From Bacteroidales bacterium (GTDB taxonomy: Bacteria; Bacteroidota; Bacteroidia; Bacteroidales; JAKIYJ01), in NCBI GenBank assembly GCA_035451165.1, contig DAOTOD010000001.1, positions 1 through 24,868 on the forward strand: 24,868 nt of DNA. Direction: 5' to 3'. The stretch's first letter is position 1, and every line of letters begins with the position of its first letter. Of this stretch, positions 15,905-24,868 are shown in pieces. The notes under the pieces are model-generated. The model was given only the letters and a program-made list of their open reading frames with translations. It was not told where the DNA came from and did no database searches. The position numbers and the translations under genes were made by a program.

Positions 15905-18337
15905 TTAATTTATATTTTGTTTTGCCCATTTAAGATTATTTTTGGCTAATTCAAAATTATTATCAATTTCTAAAGCTTTTTCACAAGCTTCTATAGCTTT
16001 TTCCCATTGACCAATTGCATTATATGCACTACAAATATTATTATAAGCTGCTGCTAAATTAGGATTAAACTTTAATGCTTTTTGGGCGGCATTTATTGAA
16101 AGTAAGTATAAAGTATTATTATAATAAATAACGCTCAAATTAAGCCATGATTCAGCAGAAGGGTTCTGCTTATTAGCATCATAAATTTCTTTCATTTGTT
16201 GGGCAAGGTTAAGGTTAGCTTTAGCCAGAGTATAATCAGGTTTTAGTGATAATGCTTTTTTGCCTGCTTCAATAGCTTTATCCCATTGTCCTAAATTATT
16301 GTAAGCTGAGCATAAATTATTAAAAGCCTCTAGGTAATCAGGTTTAAGTTTCAGAGCTTCATTAGTATATTCTATGCATTTTTCAAAATCATATTCTTGG
16401 TAATAACGTAGCCCTAATGTAAGATAATTTTCAGGTGTAGGATATTGTTTTACCAATTCTATAGCCTCTTCAAGTCGTGTTTTAGGTTTATTAGCACTAT
16501 TTAAATAATATAAACTAATAGGATCATTAGGATTTATCGTAAGTGTTTCTTGGGCAAGTTGTTTCAATTCTTTCCACATATATTCAAAAGCATAAATATT
16601 CATAAGTAAATAACGGCTTTCGAGCCATGCAGGGCTTATTTCTATAGCTTTTTTGAGCAATGGTATAGCTTCTTTATTACGATTTCTTGAATTTAAAAAC
16701 TGTGCATAGTAATAATATGCTCCATAAAAATCAGGGCCATATTGTAGTGCTAATTTAAAATTTTGTTCAGCTTCATTAAAATCACCTGTAGCATTTTTTA
16801 AAATACCTATATTTACATATAAGTAAGGATAAAAAGGAGTATATTTTTTTGCTTTTTCAAAATATTCTAAAGCAACATCATATTTAGCTTTTGCCATTTG
16901 AGTTAAGCCATAATTCATTAGTCCTCTGCCATTTTTAGGGCTTTTAACAGTTACATCATACCATAAAGTTTCTTCAGTACTCCATACTTCACATCTTTTA
17001 TAAGCACCATAAGCATTAGCAGTTAGAATAAAAAAAGCTACAAATATTATAGCTACTTTAAGTATTCTGCTATTTAAAATTTTATTTTCATATTTTAACA
17101 AAAGTAAACCTATTGTCCACATTACACTAATCATAAATCCTACATATGGGTAAAAAATTCTATGGTCATTCATCACTTCTGATAAAGGCACTACAGTAGT
17201 GGGTAATAAAGCAATAAAAAACCATAGAATTCCAAAAGATATCGGACGTAGTAATTGTTTTTTAGCTGTGACATAAGCAATAACTAACATTAAAATTACA
17301 AAAATTAAACCTATAATAAATCTTATATCTTTAATGCTTTCAAAAACTGTCCAATCGGTATCTGCACTTAAAGAAGTTGGGAAGAAAAAAGTACGTACAT
17401 AATGTAACATTACAAAAGGTTGTGTAATAATATATTGCCATAACTTAACTGTTCCAGGAGTAAAAGTTTTAGGGGTCATTTTAGTTATAAGCTCATACAT
17501 AAAAAAAACTACAATGAAAGATATTACAATATGAATTATAGAATCTTTTATAATTTTAATATCAGCAGTGGGATATTTATATTTAATCTTCTTTTTCGTT
17601 TTGTTATAATTTAATTTCTTGTCAATTAAAGGAAATATTTCAAAAAGTAATAAATAAACGGCAATTAATGGAGCAAACATAACTGCAGTAGGCTTAAACA
17701 AACATCCTATTACAACCGGAATTAAATAAAGGAAATATTTTTTGCCAATATTACTATTTAAAAAGATAACAAAAGCTGCAATTATACATAAAGTCGACAT
17801 TGAATCGGAGCGAGCCGATATATAATTAATTGTTTCAGCATGAGCTGTATGAAAGCCATACCAAGCAACAGCAAATAAAGCTATAACATTATTCCAATTG
17901 TGTTGTTTAATTTTATTAAATATTTTTATAAACATAAAATACATTAATATAAGCTGGACTAAATACCAAAAAAAGTTAGAAAAATGAAACCAAAAAGACT
18001 TATCAGGTTTTTGTTGCCATACCACATCAAATTGTGATTTATCTTTATATTTAGAATTTAATTTCCATGACAACCAGTAATCAATTGCTAAACTAAGCGT
18101 CACCATAGGTCTATATTGTTGATTTTGAGGCAAATTAGAAAAAGTAGTAGCATCAGTAAAAAATTTCTTAAAATTCTTTATATCCTGAATATAAACATTA
18201 TTCTTAATAGTATGGCTATCATCAAAATGAAATTCGTTATAAAAATGACTACGATAAATTAGTGTCACAAGAAGTAAAATAATAAAAATTGGCAGGTAAA
18301 CATTTTTTAATTGAAATTTAAATAATACTTTATTCAT
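15905..18337 (-). CDS. TMTC-like membrane glycosyltransferase (GT-C-like N-terminal domain plus C-terminal TPRs); putative protein O-mannosyltransferase homolog
   Basis: FHFDD acidic motif after TM1, YRP, HTAHAETINYISARSD, CLFKPTA, LSAD, DHRIFYP and W..EETLW...V.KSP, followed by many TPRs. The sugar and acceptor are not determinable from sequence. Confidence 0.72.
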   Translation of the reverse strand: MNKVLFKFQLKNVYLPIFIILLLVTLIYRSHFYNEFHFDDSHTIKNNVYIQDIKNFKKFFTDATTFSNLPQNQQYRPMVTLSLAIDYWLSWKLNSKYKDKSQFDVVWQQKPDKSFWFHFSNFFWYLVQLILMYFMFIKIFNKIKQHNWNNVIALFAVAWYGFHTAHAETINYISARSDSMSTLCIIAAFVIFLNSNIGKKYFLYLIPVVIGCLFKPTAVMFAPLIAVYLLLFEIFPLIDKKLNYNKTKKKIKYKYPTADIKIIKDSIIHIVISFIVVFFMYELITKMTPKTFTPGTVKLWQYIITQPFVMLHYVRTFFFPTSLSADTDWTVFESIKDIRFIIGLIFVILMLVIAYVTAKKQLLRPISFGILWFFIALLPTTVVPLSEVMNDHRIFYPYVGFMISVMWTIGLLLLKYENKILNSRILKVAIIFVAFFILTANAYGAYKRCEVWSTEETLWYDVTVKSPKNGRGLMNYGLTQMAKAKYDVALEYFEKAKKYTPFYPYLYVNIGILKNATGDFNEAEQNFKLALQYGPDFYGAYYYYAQFLNSRNRNKEAIPLLKKAIEISPAWLESRYLLMNIYAFEYMWKELKQLAQETLTINPNDPISLYYLNSANKPKTRLEEAIELVKQYPTPENYLTLGLRYYQEYDFEKCIEYTNEALKLKPDYLEAFNNLCSAYNNLGQWDKAIEAGKKALSLKPDYTLAKANLNLAQQMKEIYDANKQNPSAESWLNLSVIYYNNTLYLLSINAAQKALKFNPNLAAAYNNICSAYNAIGQWEKAIEACEKALEIDNNFELAKNNLKWAKQNIN
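15910..16441 (-). repeat. Tandem duplicated 93-aa TPR module in the TMTC-like protein
   Basis: AFNNLCSAYNNLGQWDKAIEAGKKAL and AYNNICSAYNAIGQWEKAIEACEKAL recur at a 279-nt (93-codon) period. Confidence 0.85.
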
Positions 18338-18433
18338 ACATTATTTAAGATTTATTATTGTTATTATTATAAAATAATAGCTATAAAACTCACTAAAAAG
18401 ATTCCAAAAATACAAAATAAAATATTTTTTTGT

Positions 18434-18442
18434 TATCTTTGC
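18434..18442 (+). promoter_or_regulatory. Bacteroidota -7 promoter element for rnpB
   Basis: TATCTTTGC (TAnnTTTG consensus) lies about 18 nt upstream of the RNase P RNA P1 helix; no clear -33 element. Confidence 0.65.
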
Positions 18443-18459
18443 GTAAGGCTGGGAATAAT

Positions 18460-18840
18460 AAAAAAGTCGGTGGTTCTATCGCTTCGTTTTCAATGAAACC
18501 GAAGAGGAAAGTCCGGGCAGCACAGAGCACCATACTTCCTAACAGGAAGGTTCTCCGCCCAGCTTATGGAGAAACAGATAGTGCCACAGAAAATAACCGC
18601 CCCAGTATTTATATGCTGGAGCAAGGGTGAAAACGTGAGGTAAGAGCTCACGCTGCCGCCAGGTGACTGGCGACAGGGGCAAACCTTATGGGCTGAAAGA
18701 CCAAATATACCGGAGTATATGGGTTGCTCGCTCATTCCGGGGGGTAGGTCGTTAGAGCTTTTTGGTGACAAAAAGCCTAGATAAATGATAGAATTCATGA
18801 TTATCATGACACAGAACCCGGCTTACACACCGACTTTTTT
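18460..18840 (+). ncRNA. rnpB: RNase P RNA (bacterial, type A-like)
   Basis: Universal 5' GAGGAAAGTCC (18504-18514) and 3' ACAGAACCCGGCTTA (18811-18825). Terminal helix AATAAAAAAGTCGGTG (18457-18472) is perfectly complementary to CACCGACTTTTTTATT (18828-18843). Also AGTGCCACAGAAA, AAGGGTGAAA and GUGA-capped hairpins. It is a GC-rich island in AT-rich DNA. Confidence 0.98.
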
Positions 18841-18938
18841 ATTTTTTTATAATTATTTTAACATGTTAGAAAAAAAATTGATTCCTAATTTTTTAATATT
18901 TTAATCATTTCATTATTTTTACATTCTAATTTTTAAGT

Positions 18939-18959
18939 TTAATTGTACTATACAATTAA
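18939..18959. promoter_or_regulatory. Inverted repeat, possible operator or hairpin upstream of the TPR gene
   Basis: TTAATTGTA-CTA-TACAATTAA, extendable with one bulge to AAGTT...AACTT, 43 nt before ATG 19003. Function unknown. Confidence 0.3.
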
Positions 18960-19002
18960 CTTTTACTTTATTTGTTATTAATTAATTTTTTTAACACTTA
19001 TT

Positions 19003-22000
19003 ATGATTACAATGAAGAAAATAATTATAAAATTTATACTTAATTTACTAGTATATTTATTAATAATAAACTTAACATTAGCTCAAAAAACTAATATTTT
19101 TAACTTGCCAGAAGAAAATTTCAGGTTAGCATCAGAATTGTTTAACAAAGAAAAATTTGGCTCAGCAAAGTTTATTTTTAATAAAATAATCGAAGAATAT
19201 GAAATAAATAGGCTTGATATATTAACCAATTCAAGCTTTTATGAAGCTGTTTGTGCTTCAGAACTTTTTAACCAAGATGCTGAAAAAAAATTAATGTCTT
19301 TTATATATAATTACCCTGAAAACACAAAAATTACTCAAGCATGGTTACAACTTGCTCGTTATAATTACAAAAAGAAAAATTACAAAAATACTATAAAAGC
19401 TTTTAATAATATTGATATTTACTTCCTTACTCCTGAAGAACAAGTAGAATATTATTTTAAAATTGGCTATTCTTATTTTGCTACAAATCAATATGAGCAA
19501 GCTAAAAGAGCTTTCTATGAAATAATTGATAAAGAATCAAAATATCAAGCACCAGCTAATTATTTCTTTGCTCATATAGCATATACAGAAAAAAATTATG
19601 AAACGGCTCTTACGCATTTCTTAAAACTTATTACAGATCCTGATTTTGGTCCTGTAGTACCTTACTATATCACACAAATATACTACATACAAAATAAATA
19701 TGAAGAATTATTAAAGATAGCCCCGCCTTTACTAGACTCTGCAAACACTAAACGAGTAGCCGAAATAGCAAGGCTTATAGGAGAAGCTTATTACAAAACC
19801 GAACAATTCAACAAAGCTACACCTTATCTCGAATTGTATATGCTAAAAACTACAAAATCATTAACAAGAGAAGATTTTTATCAATTAGGATATGCATACT
19901 ATAGAGCTAAAAATTATTCAGAAGCTATTAATAACTTCCGCAAAGTTGTTGATACTGAAGACAGTTTAAGCCAAAATGCTTGGTATCTATTAGCCGATAG
20001 TTATCTTAAAACTAATGAAAAAATTTTTGCACGTAATGCTTTTTTATCAGCATATAAACTAAAATATAACCCTGAAATTATAGAAGATGCCTTATTTAAT
20101 TATGCAAAACTATCTTATGAACTTTCAATAAATCCTTATAATGAAGCTATTAATGCTTTTCAAACATTTATTAATAATTATCCTAATTCTATAAATATTG
20201 ACGATGCTCACACTTATTTAGCAGAACTTCTTATGTCAACTAAAAATTATAAAGATGCACTTAAATCAATAGAAAATATTAAAATTAAAACTGAAAAAAT
20301 TAATGAAGCTTGGCAAAAAGTAGCATATTTTAGAGCTATAGAATTATTTAATGATAAACGTTTTGACGAAGCTTTGCCTTTATTCAAAAAAGCTGCTTCA
20401 ATGCGATATAATAATAATTTTGCAGCTTTAGGTTTATTTTGGGCAGGCGAAATCTATTACCGTTTAAACAAAAATGATTCGGCCCTTAATTATTATCAAT
20501 CTTTTTTAACAGCACCTGGTGCCTTTAATCAACCTGAATATAATTTGACACATTATAATATTGGATACTGCTATTTTAAAGATAAAAAATATTCTCAAGC
20601 TCTTTTATCTTTCCAAAAATTTTTATTATCTCAAGAAAATAAAAATACAGAATTAATTAATGATGCCTACAAAAGAATAGCTGATTGTTATTTTATTAAT
20701 AAAGACATTAATAATGCTCTTTCTTATTATGATAAATCTATATCTACAAAACTATCAGGCATAGATTACTCATTATTTCAAAAAGCTATAGCATTAGGCA
20801 TTTTAAAAAGGTTTACAGAAAAAGAAGCTGTTTTAAATCAATTACTAACCGAATATCCTAACTCAAACTATGTTGACGATGCTTTATTTGAACTTGCCGA
20901 CACTTATGTAATGTTAAATAATAACAGTAAAGCTATAAAATATTACAGTGAACTTATCGACAATTATCCTAAAAGTTCATATTTAGTTAAAGCTAAATTA
21001 CAAAAAGGACTATTATATTTTAATATGAAAGAAGATGAAAAAGCCTTAGAATGTTTAAAAAATGTAGTAGCTGAATATCCGGGCACCCCCGAATCAAAAG
21101 AAGCTTTAATGACTATACAAGATATTTACATATATATGAATAAAGTAGATGAATTTTTAGTATATGTTAAAGACTTTAAAGGAGTATCAAACACAGAAGA
21201 AGATTCTATGACTTATCAAGCAATAGAATTACGTTATATGAAAGGTGATTGTAACAATTCCAGAACAAGCTTTGAAAATTATATCAAAACTTTTCCTGAA
21301 GGAATATTTATAATAAATGCTCATTTTTATAAAGCTGAATGTGACTACAAAGCTGCTGCTCTGGATGAAGCTTTACAAGGATATGATTATGTAATTTCAA
21401 AACCTAGAAACAAATTTACAGAAAGTGCTTTATTAAAAGCTTCATCAATATGTTATTCTAAAAAAGATTATAATACAGCTTTACAATATTACATTAAACT
21501 TGAGCAAATAGCCGAATATGATGCTAACATTATTGAAGCAAAAAAAGGTATTATGAGATGTTATTTTGAACTTCAATCATACGACAAAGCTATAGAAGCT
21601 GCTGAAAAATTATTAAACACTCCTAAAGTCAATGAAGATCAGCTTTTGTGTGATGAAGCTAACTTAATAATAGGACGTTCTGCTTATTTACTAAACAATA
21701 TAGCTAAAGCTCAAGCTATTTTTGTAATCTTATCCAAACAAAGCAAAGGAGAAGCAAAAGCTGAAGCAAAATATTATCTTGCAGAAATACAATATAAACT
21801 TAAAAATTACGATGAGTCAGAAAAAGAAATTTTTGAGCTCATAAATCAAGTACCTTCGTACGATAAATGGATAGCTAAAGGTTTTATTTTACTTGCCGAT
21901 AATTACTACATAACAGGAAATCCTTTTGAAGCTAAACAAACTTTAAAAGCTATTATAGATAATTATAAAGGTACTGACTTAGTAGAAATTGCTTATGCAA

Positions 22001-22083
22001 AACTTAATGCAATAATTGAAGCTGAAAAATCAACTAATCAACAATTAGAAGAAACAAATCCTGAAAATATTCAACAAGAATAA
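19003..22083 (+). CDS. Large exported tetratricopeptide-repeat protein (~1000 aa)
   Basis: Signal peptide ending TLA-Q (possible start 19012). TPR-like helical repeats run throughout (A.F..G..YY, ALFELAD.Y, A.LQKG..Y), including CpoB/BamD-like Y.KLI..YP.S motifs. Confidence 0.85.
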   Translation: MITMKKIIIKFILNLLVYLLIINLTLAQKTNIFNLPEENFRLASELFNKEKFGSAKFIFNKIIEEYEINRLDILTNSSFYEAVCASELFNQDAEKKLMSFIYNYPENTKITQAWLQLARYNYKKKNYKNTIKAFNNIDIYFLTPEEQVEYYFKIGYSYFATNQYEQAKRAFYEIIDKESKYQAPANYFFAHIAYTEKNYETALTHFLKLITDPDFGPVVPYYITQIYYIQNKYEELLKIAPPLLDSANTKRVAEIARLIGEAYYKTEQFNKATPYLELYMLKTTKSLTREDFYQLGYAYYRAKNYSEAINNFRKVVDTEDSLSQNAWYLLADSYLKTNEKIFARNAFLSAYKLKYNPEIIEDALFNYAKLSYELSINPYNEAINAFQTFINNYPNSINIDDAHTYLAELLMSTKNYKDALKSIENIKIKTEKINEAWQKVAYFRAIELFNDKRFDEALPLFKKAASMRYNNNFAALGLFWAGEIYYRLNKNDSALNYYQSFLTAPGAFNQPEYNLTHYNIGYCYFKDKKYSQALLSFQKFLLSQENKNTELINDAYKRIADCYFINKDINNALSYYDKSISTKLSGIDYSLFQKAIALGILKRFTEKEAVLNQLLTEYPNSNYVDDALFELADTYVMLNNNSKAIKYYSELIDNYPKSSYLVKAKLQKGLLYFNMKEDEKALECLKNVVAEYPGTPESKEALMTIQDIYIYMNKVDEFLVYVKDFKGVSNTEEDSMTYQAIELRYMKGDCNNSRTSFENYIKTFPEGIFIINAHFYKAECDYKAAALDEALQGYDYVISKPRNKFTESALLKASSICYSKKDYNTALQYYIKLEQIAEYDANIIEAKKGIMRCYFELQSYDKAIEAAEKLLNTPKVNEDQLLCDEANLIIGRSAYLLNNIAKAQAIFVILSKQSKGEAKAEAKYYLAEIQYKLKNYDESEKEIFELINQVPSYDKWIAKGFILLADNYYITGNPFEAKQTLKAIIDNYKGTDLVEIAYAKLNAIIEAEKSTNQQLEETNPENIQQE

Positions 22084-22104
22084 CAAAATTAAAACACTTG
22101 TAAA

Positions 22105-23805
22105 ATGATGAAACATATTTTAATAATAACTTTAATAATATTTTATTCTAATAAAATCATAGCACAAGAGAGTGGATATAATCCTACTGTAGTAGTTATA
22201 GGTAATTTTCAACCTACTATAAATGATGCTTCTAAAATAAATTTTTCCCCTACAATTAAAGACAGCATAATAATTAAACCCGAATTATCGTACATGATAA
22301 TTCCTAAAAAAATAGAAACCTCTTTTCAAATTGAACCTATAAAACCTATGAAACTTGTGGATGAAAAACTAACTAAATTATACAAGTTTTTGCTTAAAGG
22401 AGGCATAGGGACTTATAAAACTCCTTATGCTGAATTTTTTTATTCCAATCAACGTTCTAAAAAATGGTCAAACAATATTCATCTCAAACATATATCTTCT
22501 TCAGGAAAAATTAAAAATGTAGGTTATTCTGGGTGGAGTGATAATATAGCAGAAGCTAATACTTGTCACTATTTTAATAATTTGTCTTTATCTGGGGGGA
22601 TAAGCTTTTCAAGAAATGTAGTACATTATTATGGTTTCAATCCCGACTCTGTGCTTAAATATTTTGAAATACAACCAACCAAAAAAGAAACTAAACAAAG
22701 ATTCTTTTATACTAATACTTATGTTAATCTTTTTAATATATCAATTGACTCTTCAAAGTTAGACTATAAATTTAAGCTAAATTACAATTATGTTGGTGAT
22801 TATTATAAAAGACAAGAGCATAACATCAATTTTAAAGGATATATTGCACAAAATCTTCAACTTTTACCTATTACTAAAACACAAATAATAGGAATAAAAG
22901 CAGAAACAGATATAGTTTCTCAAATTTTTACTAACAAATCAAGCCATACTAATACTTTAATATCATTAAAACCATTTTTAAATACAAAATTCGGATTCTT
23001 TGACATCAACCTTGGAGGTGATGCTACAATAATAGGCGATAGTACATCTTATCTTCATTTTTATCCAAAAGCAGAAGTACATTTTAGAATTATAAGAAAT
23101 ATACTTGATTTTTACGGAGGATTCACAGGGAATGCTGAAAGATATGACTACATAAGATTAAGCAAAGAAAATGCCTTTATTTCATCTTCAATACCCGAAG
23201 TATTTACTTACAACAAGGCCCAAATTTACGGTGGTATCAATGCTTCTATTGCAAAAAATCTTGACTTTTATGCTAAATTATCGAACAATAAAATTGATAA
23301 TATGCCATTTTTTGTTAGAGAAAATAATTTAATAGATACTACTGAAAGGTGGCTCAATAAATTTACATTAAATTATGATGATATAAATTTATTAAAGCTA
23401 AGTGGAGAATTTGCATATCAACAAAGAGAAAGAATAAAAATCACATTAGGTGGTTCTTGGAATGAATATTCTTTAACATTAGAAAAACAACCATGGTATA
23501 AACCACCTTATGAATTTTTCTTATCAGCCAAATATAACATACAAAATAAAATAATTGCTAATGCCGAAGTATTTTATTTTGGCCCTGTTTATGGACTAAC
23601 TACCGGTACTTACGCTAATTCTCCAATGATTACAAAAAAAATTAAAAGTTATATCGACATAAACCTTTTACTAGAATATAGATATAACAAAGTGTTAAGT
23701 GGTTTTCTAAATTTATACAACATTAGTGGAACACGTTTTGAAAAATGGTTAGACTATCCCTCCAGAAAATTTAGTTTAATGGCCGGAATAACATATGCTT
23801 TATAA
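22105..23805 (+). CDS. Outer-membrane beta-barrel protein (family often auto-labelled 'TonB-dependent receptor')
   Basis: Signal peptide ending IIA-Q; alternating aromatic/hydrophobic beta-strands from about residue 95 onward; terminal strand FSLMAGITYAL. No clear plug domain is visible. Confidence 0.72.
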   Translation: MMKHILIITLIIFYSNKIIAQESGYNPTVVVIGNFQPTINDASKINFSPTIKDSIIIKPELSYMIIPKKIETSFQIEPIKPMKLVDEKLTKLYKFLLKGGIGTYKTPYAEFFYSNQRSKKWSNNIHLKHISSSGKIKNVGYSGWSDNIAEANTCHYFNNLSLSGGISFSRNVVHYYGFNPDSVLKYFEIQPTKKETKQRFFYTNTYVNLFNISIDSSKLDYKFKLNYNYVGDYYKRQEHNINFKGYIAQNLQLLPITKTQIIGIKAETDIVSQIFTNKSSHTNTLISLKPFLNTKFGFFDINLGGDATIIGDSTSYLHFYPKAEVHFRIIRNILDFYGGFTGNAERYDYIRLSKENAFISSSIPEVFTYNKAQIYGGINASIAKNLDFYAKLSNNKIDNMPFFVRENNLIDTTERWLNKFTLNYDDINLLKLSGEFAYQQRERIKITLGGSWNEYSLTLEKQPWYKPPYEFFLSAKYNIQNKIIANAEVFYFGPVYGLTTGTYANSPMITKKIKSYIDINLLLEYRYNKVLSGFLNLYNISGTRFEKWLDYPSRKFSLMAGITYAL

Positions 23806-23844
23806 TTAATATTATTTAAATTAGCAGGCTTATTTAACAATATT

Positions 23845-24720
23845 ATGTCAAAAAAAGAATTAAGTGTCAAATTTAGGTTACAAAGCTCATATATAACGAC
23901 TGTAATAAGTATGTCATTAGTTTTGTTCGTTTTAGGCATATTAGGGTTGATAATACTTAATGGTAAATCTCTTTCAGATTATGTTAAAGAAAACATAGGA
24001 TTTACTGTTATGATGGCTGAAAACACAAAAGAAAATGATATCTTATACTTACAAAAAATATTAAATTTAAAGCCATACGTGAAATCAATAGAATATGTTT
24101 CACCCGAACAAGCAGCAAAAAAAGTAGAAGAAGAATTAGGAGAAGATTTTATTCAATGGCTTGGTTATATACCTATACCGCCGTCAATTGAATTAAAACT
24201 TAAGTCCAACTGGGCCAATGATGATAGTCTGGTTATGATAGAAAAAGAAATAACAAAGTATGACAATGTTAAAGAAGTATTTTATCAAAAATCATTATTA
24301 CATATAGTCAACAATAACATTAAAAAAATAAGCATTATAATGATAACTTTTTGTGCTTTGTTATTATTAATTTCTATAGCTCTTATTAATAATACAATAA
24401 AATTAGCAATATATTCTAAACGATTTATTATAAGAAGTATGCAATTAGTGGGTGCTACACAAAATTTTATAAAAAGACCATTCATATGGCGTGCAATAAT
24501 TCAAGGATTTATTGCCTCAATAATAGCAATTGCTCTTATTATAAGCATATTATACATAATTCAAAAAAACTTTCCTGAAATAAATTATATACCTGAAATA
24601 AATTATGTTATAATATTATTCGGCTCTATAATACTAATGGGTATTATTATTTCATTTATTTCAAGTTTTTTTGCTGTACAAAAATATCTTAAAATAAAAA
24701 CCGATTATTTATATATATAA
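23845..24720 (+). CDS. ftsX: Cell division permease-like protein FtsX
   Basis: N-terminal TM, periplasmic YVSPEQA...NPL-like PIPPSIELKL, INNTIKLAIYSKRFIIRSMQLVGATQNFIKRPF, and three more TMs; 291 aa. Confidence 0.93.
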   Translation: MSKKELSVKFRLQSSYITTVISMSLVLFVLGILGLIILNGKSLSDYVKENIGFTVMMAENTKENDILYLQKILNLKPYVKSIEYVSPEQAAKKVEEELGEDFIQWLGYIPIPPSIELKLKSNWANDDSLVMIEKEITKYDNVKEVFYQKSLLHIVNNNIKKISIIMITFCALLLLISIALINNTIKLAIYSKRFIIRSMQLVGATQNFIKRPFIWRAIIQGFIASIIAIALIISILYIIQKNFPEINYIPEINYVIILFGSIILMGIIISFISSFFAVQKYLKIKTDYLYI

Positions 24721-24733
24721 TAATTATAAAACA

Positions 24734-24868
24734 ATGAATAAAAAAATTATTATTACATCTGAAAAAAAAGGCAACACCATCAGTAAAAATAATAAAACAA
24801 AAACTTCCGACAAACGTGAAATACATTTTGCCTTTGGGAAAACAAATTATTATCTTATGATTATCGGT
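24734..24868 (+). CDS. DUF3098-family small membrane protein, 3'-truncated
   Basis: Manual translation: MNKKIIITSEKKGNTISKNNKTKTSDKREIHFAFGKTNYYLMIIG. The FAFGKxNY motif and the position after ftsX match the usual Bacteroidota gene order. Confidence 0.78.
   Translation, partial: MNKKIIITSEKKGNTISKNNKTKTSDKREIHFAFGKTNYYLMIIG

Noticed and set aside
18430-18807. ORFs 18430..18630 (+) and 18490..18807 (-)
   Set aside because: Both overlap rnpB. They stay open because the structured RNA is GC-rich and poor in stop codons.
22105-23805. Calling the barrel a bona fide TonB-dependent (SusC-like) transporter
   Set aside because: It has no visible plug domain or TonB box, is too short, and has no SusD-like partner.
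9374-24485. Other short overlapping ORFs (9374-9556, 14221-14424, 15322-15522, 23754-23939, 24285-24485)
   Set aside because: They are antisense shadows of longer supported genes, with no independent evidence.
23845-24720. ftsX without adjacent ftsE as an anomaly
   Set aside because: Separation of ftsE and ftsX, with DUF3098 following ftsX, is to my knowledge the ordinary Bacteroidota arrangement.
1-24868. Mobile elements, prophage, defence systems, complete DGR, invertible promoters
   Set aside because: No transposase, integrase, recombinase, RT, nuclease or long flanking inverted/direct repeats were seen, and the gene content is mostly core.

Overview
A very AT-rich (roughly three-quarters A+T by eye) core-chromosome segment from a Bacteroidota organism. 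The taxonomic call rests on TTTG/TAnnTTTG promoters, signal peptides followed by Gln, and the ftsX-DUF3098 gene order. The + strand run is valS (5'-truncated), lpdA, an asnB-like amidotransferase, a GT4 glycosyltransferase, wza, wzc, rfbC and ccmF. The - strand run is a TMTC-like GT-C/TPR membrane protein, a secreted fibre/DUF1566 (Lcl/CLec-like) protein and glnA. After rnpB (RNase P RNA), the + strand carries a ~1000-aa TPR protein, an outer-membrane beta-barrel, ftsX and a truncated DUF3098 gene. I saw no CRISPR array, transposase, integrase, reverse transcriptase, tRNA or rRNA. The main oddities are: (1) the DUF1566 protein has a 123-aa Ser/Thr-rich domain inserted inside its lectin-like domain; (2) an exact 11-bp tandem duplication changes its C-terminus from the family-type VRCIR-stop to VKCL-stop; (3) it lies directly downstream of a TMTC-like putative protein O-glycosyltransferase; (4) Wzc has a very long (GY)n tyrosine cluster with visible expansion steps; (5) the giant TPR plus plug-less barrel pair is uncharacterised. 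No novel system is proven. The best candidates are hypotheses and are labelled as such.
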